Assembly: GCA_964413735.1 (NCBI GenBank)
Contig: CAYPSS010000005.1
Span: 4,398 to 68,397, forward strand
Direction: 5' to 3'
Origin: an uncultured Gammaproteobacteria bacterium
GTDB lineage: Bacteria > Patescibacteriota > Patescibacteriia > UBA11705
DNA: 64,000 bases
The notes under the pieces were generated by a model, which worked only from the letters and a program-made list of their open reading frames with translations, did no database searches and was not told the origin of the DNA. A program made the position numbers and the translations under genes. Shown here piece after piece: positions 1-9,144 of this stretch (position 1 is its first letter; every line of letters starts with the position of its first letter).

Positions 1-1587
1 ACATGGATTGCCGATGAAGACCCGACCACTGAGGCTTTAGTTTGGTATCAGAATAACAACATCAAAGTCTCCACCAGAAAAGATGACCCTAATTATCATA
101 ATGACACCTGGCCACGCAAGAAAAAAACCAAAGAAGGCAATTTAGCTTACTTTTATGACAAATACGGTTATGAACAATATGATATTGTTGTCCAAATTGA
201 CGCTGACCACAACTTAAATGAAAATTATTTGGAATATGTTTTACGACCATTTAATGATCCGAAAGTCGGTTATGTCGCTGCTCCCAGTATGGGAGATCTA
301 AATTTCCAAGATTCTTGGGCCGCCCGAGCGCGAGTTCATGCGGAAGCGATTTTCCATGGTCCAATGCAATCAGGCGCTACGGATAAATGGGTGCCTTTAT
401 GCATTGGATCTCATTATGCGGTCAGAACCAAAGCATTAAAAGAAATCGGCGGAATCGGACCGGAACTGGCGGAGGATTATTCCACCACTTTAATGTTAAG
501 CGCTCAGGGCTGGAAGGGTGCTTGGGCATATCAGGCTGAGGCCCATGGCTTGGGTCCAAATTCTTTTAGTGCTTTGATTACTCAAGATTATCAATGGTCA
601 CGCAGTATCATGATTATCTTTACCTCATTATTTCCCAAACTGTTTACCAAATTGAATTGGCGCCAAAAAATTCATTTTTTAATTACTCAATTATGGTACC
701 CAATCAGTGGTGTCATCTGGCTAACCTCGCTCATTATTATTTTAAGCACAATTCTAATTGGTCATCCGGCGATAATTGTGCCCTTCTCTGATTTTTTGTT
801 ATATGTTGTACCACCATTTTCTTTGATAATCATTATCTATCAAATAATCAAACAATGCCACTGTCTTCGACCCAATTATGGAAACTTTTTAGCTTGGGAA
901 AACATTTTATTTGAATTTGCTCGCTGGCCATGGAATATTGTGGCCTGCATCGAAGGGATTGTTTATTCTTTACGAAAAAAATTCTCCACGGAAAATATCA
1001 TTACTTCAAAAAACAAACCGGCCAAAGAACAAATACCGTTAAGATACATTTTGCCTTACTTAACAATTGTTTTTATTTTTGTTCTAACCTTGATTATTGG
1101 ACATAAAACCATTGACCTCCTTGGTTATTATGTGTTTGCTTTCATTATAGTTTTGATTTACTTAACTTTACCGATCATTATCTTGAGCCTTCATATTATT
1201 GAGTCGAAATATGAGAATAAACTGGAATTCACCACCAACCATGTTCCGCATATTACTTCCACCGCCTCGTCATCAATCGCCGTATTACTAACCTTGGTGA
1301 TTATTGCTTATCAATTCATCATCCCATTAAACGCCGGAACAATTATTTTCCCGGAAATAAAAAAACCCGATTACGCGGATCTTCAAATAACCACCGAAGT
1401 TTTTCCGGAAAAAAATGCATCAAAAACCATTCACACTGTTATTCCCGGTGATTGTTTATGGCGCTTAGCGGAAAAATACTACGGCGACGGGAAAAAATGG
1501 CCGGAAATTTATCAAGCCAATAAAGAATTAATTGATAATCCGGACTTGATTTATCCTGAGCAAAAGTTCATTATTCCATCATTTTAA
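1..1587 (+). CDS. Family-2 glycosyltransferase, membrane-bound and processive (cellulose-synthase-like), with a C-terminal LysM domain. It is 5'-partial: the reading frame is open from base 1.
   Basis: The open frame runs from position 1 (the track ORF begins at 229, but the upstream codons have no stop). It has a DAD/DXD-like 'QIDADH' motif and a Q-x-x-(R/S)-W-like 'QDYQWSRS' motif, followed by several hydrophobic TM segments. The C-terminal ~45 aa (TVIPGDCLWRLAEKYYGDGKKWPEIYQANKELIDNPDLIYPEQKFIIP) match the LysM consensus. Confidence 0.65.
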   Translation, partial: TWIADEDPTTEALVWYQNNNIKVSTRKDDPNYHNDTWPRKKKTKEGNLAYFYDKYGYEQYDIVVQIDADHNLNENYLEYVLRPFNDPKVGYVAAPSMGDLNFQDSWAARARVHAEAIFHGPMQSGATDKWVPLCIGSHYAVRTKALKEIGGIGPELAEDYSTTLMLSAQGWKGAWAYQAEAHGLGPNSFSALITQDYQWSRSIMIIFTSLFPKLFTKLNWRQKIHFLITQLWYPISGVIWLTSLIIILSTILIGHPAIIVPFSDFLLYVVPPFSLIIIIYQIIKQCHCLRPNYGNFLAWENILFEFARWPWNIVACIEGIVYSLRKKFSTENIITSKNKPAKEQIPLRYILPYLTIVFIFVLTLIIGHKTIDLLGYYVFAFIIVLIYLTLPIIILSLHIIESKYENKLEFTTNHVPHITSTASSSIAVLLTLVIIAYQFIIPLNAGTIIFPEIKKPDYADLQITTEVFPEKNASKTIHTVIPGDCLWRLAEKYYGDGKKWPEIYQANKELIDNPDLIYPEQKFIIPSF

Positions 1588-1634
1588 TACACTCAACAAA
1601 AAAGAGTCAGCAATGACTCTTTTTATATTTTCAG

Positions 1635-4301
1635 TTATTTTTCTGTTTGGTGTCTGGCAATAAAATAATATTTAACCGCCTCAATTAGCATGACATTGAA
1701 AATGCCAAGAGCAACAATCATCGGCCAAACGGAAAATGGTAATGGAACAGTCCCCAAAAGTTTATTGAAAATAGGTATATAAATACCGGCAATTAAACTT
1801 ACCAAACCAAATAACCAAGCACTCAGTAAAATTTTATTATCAAAAATATTAATTTGCCAAATGTTTTTCCTCAAGCTTTTACATGAAAATACATATAACA
1901 AAGCACTAATTGTTAAGCATGTAAAGATTATAGTTTGGATATAATCTAACGATAAATCACTACTCAAAAGAATATAAAACAAACCGAATAATAATAAATT
2001 AGTAATCAATCCCACCGCCAAAATCATAACTTTCATTTCATTATTCAAAAGCGGGGCTTGATTGGAATGAGGAGGACGATTCATACTGCCGATTTCCCTT
2101 TTTTCAAATGACAAAGCCACGGCCGGCAAACTATCTTCAATCAAATTGATCCATAAAATTTGGACCGCTGTTATCGGCAGTGGTAAACCCAAAATTATGC
2201 TGCCACTGATTAAAAATATTTCCGTAAAACTATAAGCTAACAAATAGGAAATCACTTTTCGCACATTATCAATAATGGCCCGCCCTTCTTCCACCGCTGC
2301 CACAATTATGGAAAAATCATCGGATAAAAGAACCAAATCAGAAACACTTTTCGCCACTTCAGTACCTGATCCCAAAGCCACCCCAATGTTTGCTTGTTTG
2401 ATAGCCGGCGCATCATTAATACCATCACCGGTCATCGCCACCACTTCACCTTTTCTTTGCCAAGCTTCAATGATCCGCATCTTATGTTTTGGTTCAACAC
2501 GGGCGTAAATCTTAATTTTATTTAATATTTTACTTAATTGTTTATCAGACATCTTTTCCATTTCCCAGCCTTCCAATATATTGTCATCATTTACTTTTAA
2601 CCCCAACTTATTCGCCACCGCTTTGGCCGTTAATTTATGATCACCGGTAATAATAATTGGACGCATTCCGGCGCGGAAACAAGTTTTGATCGCTTCTTTG
2701 GCTTGCGGACGAATCGGGTCCTCCAAGTAAACAAAACCCACAAAAACCAACTCAGAAACCGCTTCTTTCAAGTCAAAAGAACCAAATGTCCAGCCTGGGA
2801 TTTTTTTATAAGCCACGCCCAAAACTCGATATCCCTGCCCGGTTAATTCTTGATACTTATTCATTAATTTTTGACGCTTTTCATGATCAAGGATCTGTTC
2901 ATCATGATTGTCCTTAACATACCTTGATTTTTCCAAAATAATTTCCGGGGCACCTTTAACATAAAGAACATGATCGGCATTTTGTTTGGCATCCAAACTT
3001 ACTTTATTATCAGTAATTTTTCGTAAACTGGCGGAATATTTATAAACCGAACTAAAAGGAATTTGATCAATTTGCGGTTCAATGATTTCCAGTTGATTTT
3101 TTAATAATTCAAATTTAAGGCCCTCCATTATTAACGCCTTTTCCGTCGGCATTCCTCGCACTTCCCAATTATCTGGGTGCTCTTCGGGATTTTCCACAAA
3201 AGCTTCACTGCTTAATATTGCTTGTTTTAAAGCCAATTTTTCTTCATCATCAGAAGAAAAAAAAGTATAAATACCAGCCACGGACATTTTCGCTTGAGTC
3301 AAGGTCCCGGTTTTATCAGTAGCAATAATCGTGGTACTCCCTAAAGTTTCAGCGGCCGCCAAACTTCTAACCAAGCCTTTTCTTTTTAAAATTCTTTGCA
3401 TCCCCAAAGCCAAAATCACCGTCATGGCAATTGGCAATCCTTCGGGAATAGACGCTACCGCCAAAGCAACCACCACCGTAAACATTTCGATAAAATCACC
3501 TCCCATTAACATTCCGCGAAGAAAAACAAATAAACAGATTAAACCAATGACAAGCACTAACCATTTTGAAAATTTGGCAATCTTCTGTTGATACGGTGTT
3601 TGTTCTTCCGTAGCATTGCGTACCAAATCTGTCACTTGACCAATCTCCGTATTACTTCCTGTCGCCACAATAATGGCGCGTGCCCGACCATCCTCAATCG
3701 CCGTTCCCATGTAAACCATATTATCTCGATCCGCCAGTGGTGTTTCGCGAGATAAAACATCCTCTTTTTTGGTGGCCGGTAACCATTCTCCGGTTAAAGC
3801 CGATTCATTAACCTTTAGATTATGACACTCAATTAACCGAGCATCTGCTGGGACCTTATCGCCTGCACGTAATAATACAATATCACCGGGAACTAAATCC
3901 TCAACCAGAACTTGTTTTTCGTGATTATCACGCACAACAATTGCTTGAACACTCAAAACTTTTTTTAATTCTTGTAATGCTTTGGAAGATTTACTTTCCT
4001 GAATAAACCCAACAAAACTATTTAATAATACGGCCAAGAAAATTACAATCGCATCGGTGTATTCTTTGAAGATAATAGTGATAATCCCGGCTAAAATCAA
4101 AATGTAAATCAAAGGACTTTTAAATTGCATTAAAAAAATCATTACTTGCGACAATGATTTTTCTTCCGGTAATTTATTAAAACCATATTTTTTCTGACGA
4201 TTCTTCACTTCTTGATTTGTCAAACCAACCAAATTATCAGAATTCAGGTTTTTTATCACTTCCTCTGAACTGAGATTATGCCATTTTGCTTTAATTTTCA
4301 T
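1635..4301 (-). CDS. P-type cation-transporting ATPase (P2-type Ca2+/Mg2+ ATPase family)
   Basis: 888 aa. It has the DKTGTLT phosphorylation motif, a TGDGINDAPAIKQANIGVALG hinge motif, the N-terminal cation-ATPase domain and about 10 TM helices. Confidence 0.9.
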   Translation of the reverse strand: MKIKAKWHNLSSEEVIKNLNSDNLVGLTNQEVKNRQKKYGFNKLPEEKSLSQVMIFLMQFKSPLIYILILAGIITIIFKEYTDAIVIFLAVLLNSFVGFIQESKSSKALQELKKVLSVQAIVVRDNHEKQVLVEDLVPGDIVLLRAGDKVPADARLIECHNLKVNESALTGEWLPATKKEDVLSRETPLADRDNMVYMGTAIEDGRARAIIVATGSNTEIGQVTDLVRNATEEQTPYQQKIAKFSKWLVLVIGLICLFVFLRGMLMGGDFIEMFTVVVALAVASIPEGLPIAMTVILALGMQRILKRKGLVRSLAAAETLGSTTIIATDKTGTLTQAKMSVAGIYTFFSSDDEEKLALKQAILSSEAFVENPEEHPDNWEVRGMPTEKALIMEGLKFELLKNQLEIIEPQIDQIPFSSVYKYSASLRKITDNKVSLDAKQNADHVLYVKGAPEIILEKSRYVKDNHDEQILDHEKRQKLMNKYQELTGQGYRVLGVAYKKIPGWTFGSFDLKEAVSELVFVGFVYLEDPIRPQAKEAIKTCFRAGMRPIIITGDHKLTAKAVANKLGLKVNDDNILEGWEMEKMSDKQLSKILNKIKIYARVEPKHKMRIIEAWQRKGEVVAMTGDGINDAPAIKQANIGVALGSGTEVAKSVSDLVLLSDDFSIIVAAVEEGRAIIDNVRKVISYLLAYSFTEIFLISGSIILGLPLPITAVQILWINLIEDSLPAVALSFEKREIGSMNRPPHSNQAPLLNNEMKVMILAVGLITNLLLFGLFYILLSSDLSLDYIQTIIFTCLTISALLYVFSCKSLRKNIWQINIFDNKILLSAWLFGLVSLIAGIYIPIFNKLLGTVPLPFSVWPMIVALGIFNVMLIEAVKYYFIARHQTEK

Positions 4302-4352
4302 GGGATTATAGTTATTTATTTTATTATAACATATTAATTACCACAAAAAAAT

Positions 4353-4392
4353 AAAAAAAGACGAATTTTCATTCCTCTTTTTTTATGGCTCG
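4353..4392. repeat. 40-bp direct repeat, copy 1 (aaaaaaagacgaattttcattcctctttttttatggctcg)
   Basis: An exact second copy lies at 4585-4624. Each copy ends in '..atggctcg', which resembles the first bases of the tRNA-Gln 3'-end att core (ttggctcgggga). Confidence 0.8.
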
Positions 4393-4521
4393 GGGACCCC
4401 GCACCGCTAAAGCTATTGCGGGGCAAGCAGGGTTCGAAGCCCTACACATCTCAAAGTGGTTTGATGCTATCCCAGAAAATTCAACAAAAGAAAAACCTCC
4501 ACGTTCAAGTGAAGATTTTTC

Positions 4522-4543
4522 TTTGGCTCGGGGACAGGGATTC
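4522..4543. repeat. attL-like 22-bp direct repeat of the tRNA-Gln 3' end (tttggctcggggacagggattc)
   Basis: Exact 22/22 match to 13417-13438, which is the 3'-terminal 20 nt of tRNA-Gln (minus strand) plus 2 flanking nt. The flanking bases on both sides differ between the two copies. Confidence 0.8.
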
Positions 4544-4584
4544 CCCGTAACAAGTACGGGGTAAACTTCTCATCCCTGGTATAT

Positions 4585-4624
4585 AAAAAAAGACGAATTT
4601 TCATTCCTCTTTTTTTATGGCTCG
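4585..4624. repeat. 40-bp direct repeat, copy 2
   Basis: Identical to 4353-4392. The two copies bracket the att-core copy at 4522-4543. Confidence 0.8.
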
Positions 4625-4740
4625 CTTGGAGGGACGCCTTTCGAACTTATGATTGGCGCAAGGCATTCCCTGTGCCAGAATTAGCTTTACAACAGATTAA
4701 CCACCTGTGCAGTTTAGCATAAGCTCTTAACTAACATCCT

Positions 4741-5292
4741 ATGCCAAAAGTAGCACAAAGCATTTTCGATGAATATGAAAAATACTACGTCGAGCAAGGA
4801 ATGACCTTGCAGGATGTTGCTTTGGAGTTTGGGCTAAACTACGGTTCTTTGCGCCAGTATTCAATGAAACAGAAATGGTCGGAGAAACAGAAAGAATACA
4901 GGGAAGCAACTCACAAAAAGCTAACACAAATCACTCAAATAAGAATAAACAAAGAAGCTGAGACACTGGATCACAAAAATCTGCGCCGTGCCGTGTATTG
5001 GAGGGCTTTCCAATCAAGCATAATGGATATGTTGGATGCACGTTCTGACGAGCTTAAACCGCAAGAAATAGCTGTTCTTGCAAGTGCCTTTGAGAAGGCC
5101 TGCCGTGGCGAACGTCTTGAAGATGGTCAGGCAGTCGAGATACACAAGGTAGAAACTCCAATTAAGCCCGATGCTGAATGCGCTATGATGGAAGAATATG
5201 AGATGCGCCTATTAAGACAACGGGGAGAAATTAAGAAACTTTCTGACGTGTTAGTAAAAAATAAAATTGATGGGTATTACAAAAATATCTAA
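4741..5292 (+). CDS. Phage terminase small-subunit-like / HTH DNA-binding protein
   Basis: 183 aa. The N-terminal ~60 aa (..QGMTLQDVALEFGLNYGSLRQYSMKQKWSEKQKEYRE) resemble the HTH + basic region of Terminase_2-type small subunits, and the rest is predicted helical/coiled. The similarity is weak. Confidence 0.35.
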   Translation: MPKVAQSIFDEYEKYYVEQGMTLQDVALEFGLNYGSLRQYSMKQKWSEKQKEYREATHKKLTQITQIRINKEAETLDHKNLRRAVYWRAFQSSIMDMLDARSDELKPQEIAVLASAFEKACRGERLEDGQAVEIHKVETPIKPDAECAMMEEYEMRLLRQRGEIKKLSDVLVKNKIDGYYKNI

Positions 5293-5312
5293 AAAACGGC
5301 TTAACGGCCGTT

Positions 5313-5810
5313 TTACTTTTTATAGGGATTTACAAAGGGACTGAAAGGTCTACCAAAATATAATGATAATTTATGACCGAGCCAGTGTCGCCCCAAATCG
5401 TTCAAACATTGTATTCTTTTGTCTTTATCAAGCACGCTTCTCGGCAATGATACTATTCTAGTAAAATCAACATAACTTGCTGGGAAAACACCTTCTTCTG
5501 GCAAGAAAAACCAATATCCATATTTTTGATCTGCCAATTGTGCAAGATCCACCTTTATTTGAGTTTGTTCAAGTTCTTCTACTGTGAGGACAGGGGCAAA
5601 AATTAAAAAATTGCGATTTTTGGGATTGTTAATATCGCAACTCTGGTTAAGAAGCATCATAGTCCGGCTCTGAACGTTGAATATGGACTTGGTTTCGGTT
5701 GCTCCGATTGGGTCAGGTGTAATTATAAAAGGAAGATCTTTTACTATATCACCCTGCAACCATTCATTTGTTGGAAGGTTGCTTGCATACATATAATTAC
5801 TACGTAGCAA
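5313..5810 (-). CDS. Hypothetical protein, last gene of the R-M/protease operon
   Basis: 165 aa with no recognisable motif. It overlaps the upstream 76-aa gene by 11 nt, so it is translationally coupled. Confidence 0.45.
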   Translation of the reverse strand: MLRSNYMYASNLPTNEWLQGDIVKDLPFIITPDPIGATETKSIFNVQSRTMMLLNQSCDINNPKNRNFLIFAPVLTVEELEQTQIKVDLAQLADQKYGYWFFLPEEGVFPASYVDFTRIVSLPRSVLDKDKRIQCLNDLGRHWLGHKLSLYFGRPFSPFVNPYKK

Positions 5811-6030
5811 GACCTAACTTTTTATAATAAGTATCCCAATCCTTAGGCGTTAAATCCTCCGGTTCTTTCTCGATTATTTCAGTCGCATAAACTTCACTGA
5901 TATCAGTAAAATGGACATTTGAGTATTGTTCTGTGGCAGTGAACTCTATGCCAGTTTGTTTAGCTTGAAAAACTTTTTTTTGAGTTTTTTCGTCTACTGG
6001 TTGAGCTTTGCAACTTGTTGAATATAACAT
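5800..6030 (-). CDS. Hypothetical small acidic protein (76 aa)
   Basis: Its stop lies 2 nt after the start of the downstream gene, and its start lies 1 nt after the SDH-protease gene stop. It is operonic. Confidence 0.4.
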   Translation of the reverse strand: MLYSTSCKAQPVDEKTQKKVFQAKQTGIEFTATEQYSNVHFTDISEVYATEIIEKEPEDLTPKDWDTYYKKLGLAT

Positions 6031-6031
6031 A

Positions 6032-6997
6032 TTATTCCCACTTATTATAGAAATTATGTATATTGAAATTAGGTAAAGGTGAATTACCGGGTAATTTCAT
6101 TACTTTATATTTCGAAACAAATTGGTCGGACAATTGTTCGCTCTGGATAATAGCTCTCGTTAAAGAGAAATCCTTTTCAACTTTGTTGCCAAGGAAATCA
6201 GCGGGGTTAAACTCATCATCGAGTTGTAAGATTTTTTTATAATGCATCATTAAATCGTTAATCAGCTTATCGTCTTTTGCATATTCGATTATGTCTCCAA
6301 AACCAATTTCATTTTTGGCTTCTTTTCGGTTGATTAAGTGTTCGTGAGAATATAATTTCTCTGTCAAATGATCGGTAATTTCCTTTAATTGTTTTTCTGT
6401 ATGATGATCTTGGTGTAATTTTAGCATTTGCAAAGACAATCTTCGTATCAGATGATGTGTTCTATTTATGGATCCGAGTATCTTTGGAGGTATGTGCTGG
6501 CTTAATTGATTTAGCACTTCTGTAAGAGAGTTTTGTTCAGCCAAGCCAATCTTTGACTTTGCAAACTCAATATAACCCAAAATATCTTCAATAGGTATTT
6601 GATCCTGTTTGTTTTCACCCATATTATATACACCTATTGGATCTATCGGCGAAAGCTGACTGTATGGCGTCATAATAATCCGGTCTGCCCCGAGGCATAT
6701 AAGGGTAGCGGCACTTAACGCCAAATGAGGAACAACAATTTCGAGTTCGTCGCAGTATTCCCTTATAAGATTAACTAATGGCCAAGGTGTATCTAAACGC
6801 CCTCCCTTACTGTAAAGAAATAGCGTAATCTTTTTTTGTTTTTTGATTTTTTGTAAGTGCTTATAAAAGATAGGCACTATATCCAATGCGATTTGAGTGT
6901 GAAAGTTCGGTTGCTTGTCTCCTGTGATATAAACAATAACCTTGCTTCCTCTCTCTTTTTCTAATTTTTTAATTAGATTTTCTATAATTTTTGACAT
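6032..6997 (-). CDS. SDH/S49-family ClpP-fold serine peptidase (SppA / phage-prohead-protease-like)
   Basis: 321 aa. The N-terminal ~140 aa carry the ClpP/S49 signature block 'YSKGGRLDTPWPLVNLIREYCDELEIVVPHLALSAATLICLGADRIIMTPYSQLSPIDP' (G-G..., a serine in an S-A-A-T-L context, then a '(A)D-x-I-x-M.P.S..PIDP' tail). This is as in Pfam SDH_sah / Peptidase_S49. A helical C-terminal extension of ~170 aa follows. Confidence 0.55.
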   Translation of the reverse strand: MSKIIENLIKKLEKERGSKVIVYITGDKQPNFHTQIALDIVPIFYKHLQKIKKQKKITLFLYSKGGRLDTPWPLVNLIREYCDELEIVVPHLALSAATLICLGADRIIMTPYSQLSPIDPIGVYNMGENKQDQIPIEDILGYIEFAKSKIGLAEQNSLTEVLNQLSQHIPPKILGSINRTHHLIRRLSLQMLKLHQDHHTEKQLKEITDHLTEKLYSHEHLINRKEAKNEIGFGDIIEYAKDDKLINDLMMHYKKILQLDDEFNPADFLGNKVEKDFSLTRAIIQSEQLSDQFVSKYKVMKLPGNSPLPNFNIHNFYNKWE

Positions 6998-7049
6998 ATT
7001 AGATTATTATATCCCTATATAATTATTATATTATAATGATAAAAAGACA

Positions 7050-8189
7050 TCAATCGCCAGCTTCGTCGTTTTCAAACTCCTCAAAGGAGCCGATTTTAGT
7101 GAAATCTATATCGTATTTTTTCTCTCCGACTTTGTAAATCACAACGCTGTCGACGCCTATTTCTTCCAGTTTTTCATAAGTGAGAAGCTCTCCTTCTTTT
7201 AAGTCGAAGATTTCCCTCAACAGCCACTTGCCAAGATCTGCGTTATGCTTGCTCATAAGCGCTTTGGAACCGTCTTGGCACACTTTTGCCTCCATCTTTT
7301 CTCCATTTGGCAAAAGCAATTCAAAATGAGTGTCTCTCGGAGGAAAGAAATCGGGGAAAGATCTGTGTAGCCACGCAGGGATAGGAATATAAACTTCGTT
7401 CGGATCTCTTGGGCGTCCGGATGCATTCCACTGATTAAGCCCGCTCTTTTCCGGAACATTCTTTTCACCGCCACGCATAGAATAAAGTGGAAGAAAAATA
7501 TGCGCCTGTTTCTTTATCGGTGCAAACTCTAATTTTTTAGCAACAGTAGCAAACATTCTTTCTAATTCAGAGAAAGGATCTTCCAGTATAGCTACTGACA
7601 AATCGAGAGCGACTTCTGGGGTTATAAATCTTTTATACAGGGTGCTTTTAGCAACATTAAAAGCATATTCATTGATGCCGTCGGTAAATGCTATTGTATT
7701 TCCGTTTGAAAGTTTTATGCGTGATATTTTATCAATCGCTATTCTGTCCATCGGAGTTTCATATACAAGTATGTTTTTTGGCTTTCTCGTGACGCAGTGA
7801 TAAATGATGTCGTTCAACCCAAACATTCTTTTGGTAGTATCTATTCTTTTATTGCGCATCTCTGCGATTTTTACGATCTTTTTTTCAGGATCAAGATGGC
7901 GGAATAAAGAATGCTCGCTGTTGAACTCGGCCACTTTCTGCATTGTGGCGCCGTTTTTTTCAAGAAATGTTTTTACGCCGATGCCGAGTTTGTCTTTTGA
8001 TGCATCTGCCGAACAGTCCGTGCGTGAAAGGTTCTCTGCATCAAACGCTTTGCAGAATAGATTTTCAGCAACCCTATAAGCAATATAAGGTTCATTGCTT
8101 TCTGAAAAAAGGCGTGAGAGCGAACCTATTGTTTCCAGCATCTTTGCGTAGTAGGTTTTGCTCGCTGTTTTTTGTGTTTCTATAAACAT
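7050..8189 (-). CDS. Putative Type II restriction endonuclease (partner of the adjacent C5-methyltransferase)
   Basis: 379 aa with no conserved-family motif that I can name. Its start is 2 nt downstream of the methyltransferase stop on the same strand, the classic M-R operon layout. Confidence 0.45.
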   Translation of the reverse strand: MFIETQKTASKTYYAKMLETIGSLSRLFSESNEPYIAYRVAENLFCKAFDAENLSRTDCSADASKDKLGIGVKTFLEKNGATMQKVAEFNSEHSLFRHLDPEKKIVKIAEMRNKRIDTTKRMFGLNDIIYHCVTRKPKNILVYETPMDRIAIDKISRIKLSNGNTIAFTDGINEYAFNVAKSTLYKRFITPEVALDLSVAILEDPFSELERMFATVAKKLEFAPIKKQAHIFLPLYSMRGGEKNVPEKSGLNQWNASGRPRDPNEVYIPIPAWLHRSFPDFFPPRDTHFELLLPNGEKMEAKVCQDGSKALMSKHNADLGKWLLREIFDLKEGELLTYEKLEEIGVDSVVIYKVGEKKYDIDFTKIGSFEEFENDEAGD

Positions 8190-8190
8190 A

Positions 8191-9144
8191 TTATGCTTGT
8201 ATAGCTTTCTTCATATTCACCGCAATGCGGTAAATGACCGGCACTGAAACCGAATTGCCGAATTGTTTATATAGCGCCGAGTCAGTAATGTTTTTAGGCA
8301 GTTTTATATTGGCAAACCCTTGCAATTTTGCGCATTCTTTTGGGGTTAATTTGCGGATGCCTTTTGCGTCCTTTATGATCGGAACGTTATGACCTCCCAT
8401 CCCCATATTCGCAGTAAGGGTCGGGCAAACTCCTTTTTTGTTTTCTCTAACATAAACCCTGCGCCACTGATAGACAGTGTTTTGGGATTTTATCTGTTCT
8501 TTCAGTTTATCGTATAACGGTTTGCCTTCATAGTAGTATTTTTCCGGGACGTCTTTTTCAAGAATATCTTTTATGCTTTTAGTAAGGGCGATTTTTTTTG
8601 GAAAGGAAAAAACATCATAGGATTTTTTCGACTTAAATCCAACAATATAAACACGCTCCCTGTTTTGAGGGACGTTGCCGTATTCCATTGTATTTAGTAT
8701 TTCAGTTTTGATGTGATAGCCCAGCTTTTCAAGCTCTGCTTTAATAACTTTGAAGGTGTTGCCTTTATCGTGAGAGTAAAGATTTTTTACATTTTCAAGC
8801 AAAAGTGCAGGAGGATTTTTTTCCTTCAAAATCCTGATAATATCCCAAAATAAGTTCCCACGGTTAGTATCTGAAAATCCTTTTCTATAACCTGCAATAG
8901 AAAATGGCTGACAAGGAAACCCTCCAAGAAGGACGCCGAACTTTTTAGGCAAATCGCTTGTCTTTACTTTTGTAATATCTGCAACGTGCAGTTTTGGTTC
9001 AGGAAAATTAAGATCGTATGTTATCTTGCAATTCGGTTCGAAATCATTTGCGTATAGCGTAGTGAAGCCGGCCTTCTCAAATCCTGCTCGAATACCGCCT
9101 ATTCCGGCGAAAAGATCAATGGTTGTTAAATCACTTTTTTGCAT
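8191..9144 (-). CDS. DNA (cytosine-5)-methyltransferase
   Basis: Motif I 'DLFAGIGGIRAGF', motif IV 'GGFPCQPFSIAG', motif VI 'ENVKNL' and motif X 'QFGNSVSVPVI' are all present. Confidence 0.9.
   Translation of the reverse strand: MQKSDLTTIDLFAGIGGIRAGFEKAGFTTLYANDFEPNCKITYDLNFPEPKLHVADITKVKTSDLPKKFGVLLGGFPCQPFSIAGYRKGFSDTNRGNLFWDIIRILKEKNPPALLLENVKNLYSHDKGNTFKVIKAELEKLGYHIKTEILNTMEYGNVPQNRERVYIVGFKSKKSYDVFSFPKKIALTKSIKDILEKDVPEKYYYEGKPLYDKLKEQIKSQNTVYQWRRVYVRENKKGVCPTLTANMGMGGHNVPIIKDAKGIRKLTPKECAKLQGFANIKLPKNITDSALYKQFGNSVSVPVIYRIAVNMKKAIQA

Noticed and set aside
594-791. Small embedded ORFs within or antisense to large genes (e.g. 594..791, 2275..2508, 3331..3591, 7253..7474, 12039..12419, 16577..16945, 25956..26564, 30617..31150, 34684..35085, 49204..49698)
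   Set aside because: They are fully contained in, or antisense to, well-supported genes with recognisable domains. They show no independent signals and are typical six-frame noise in an AT-rich genome.
4353-4624. Possible CRISPR array suggested by an exact 40-bp direct repeat
   Set aside because: There are only two copies, about 230 bp apart, and the intervening sequence holds tRNA/att-like fragments rather than spacer-sized units. No cas genes are nearby. The repeats are better explained as att-region remnants.
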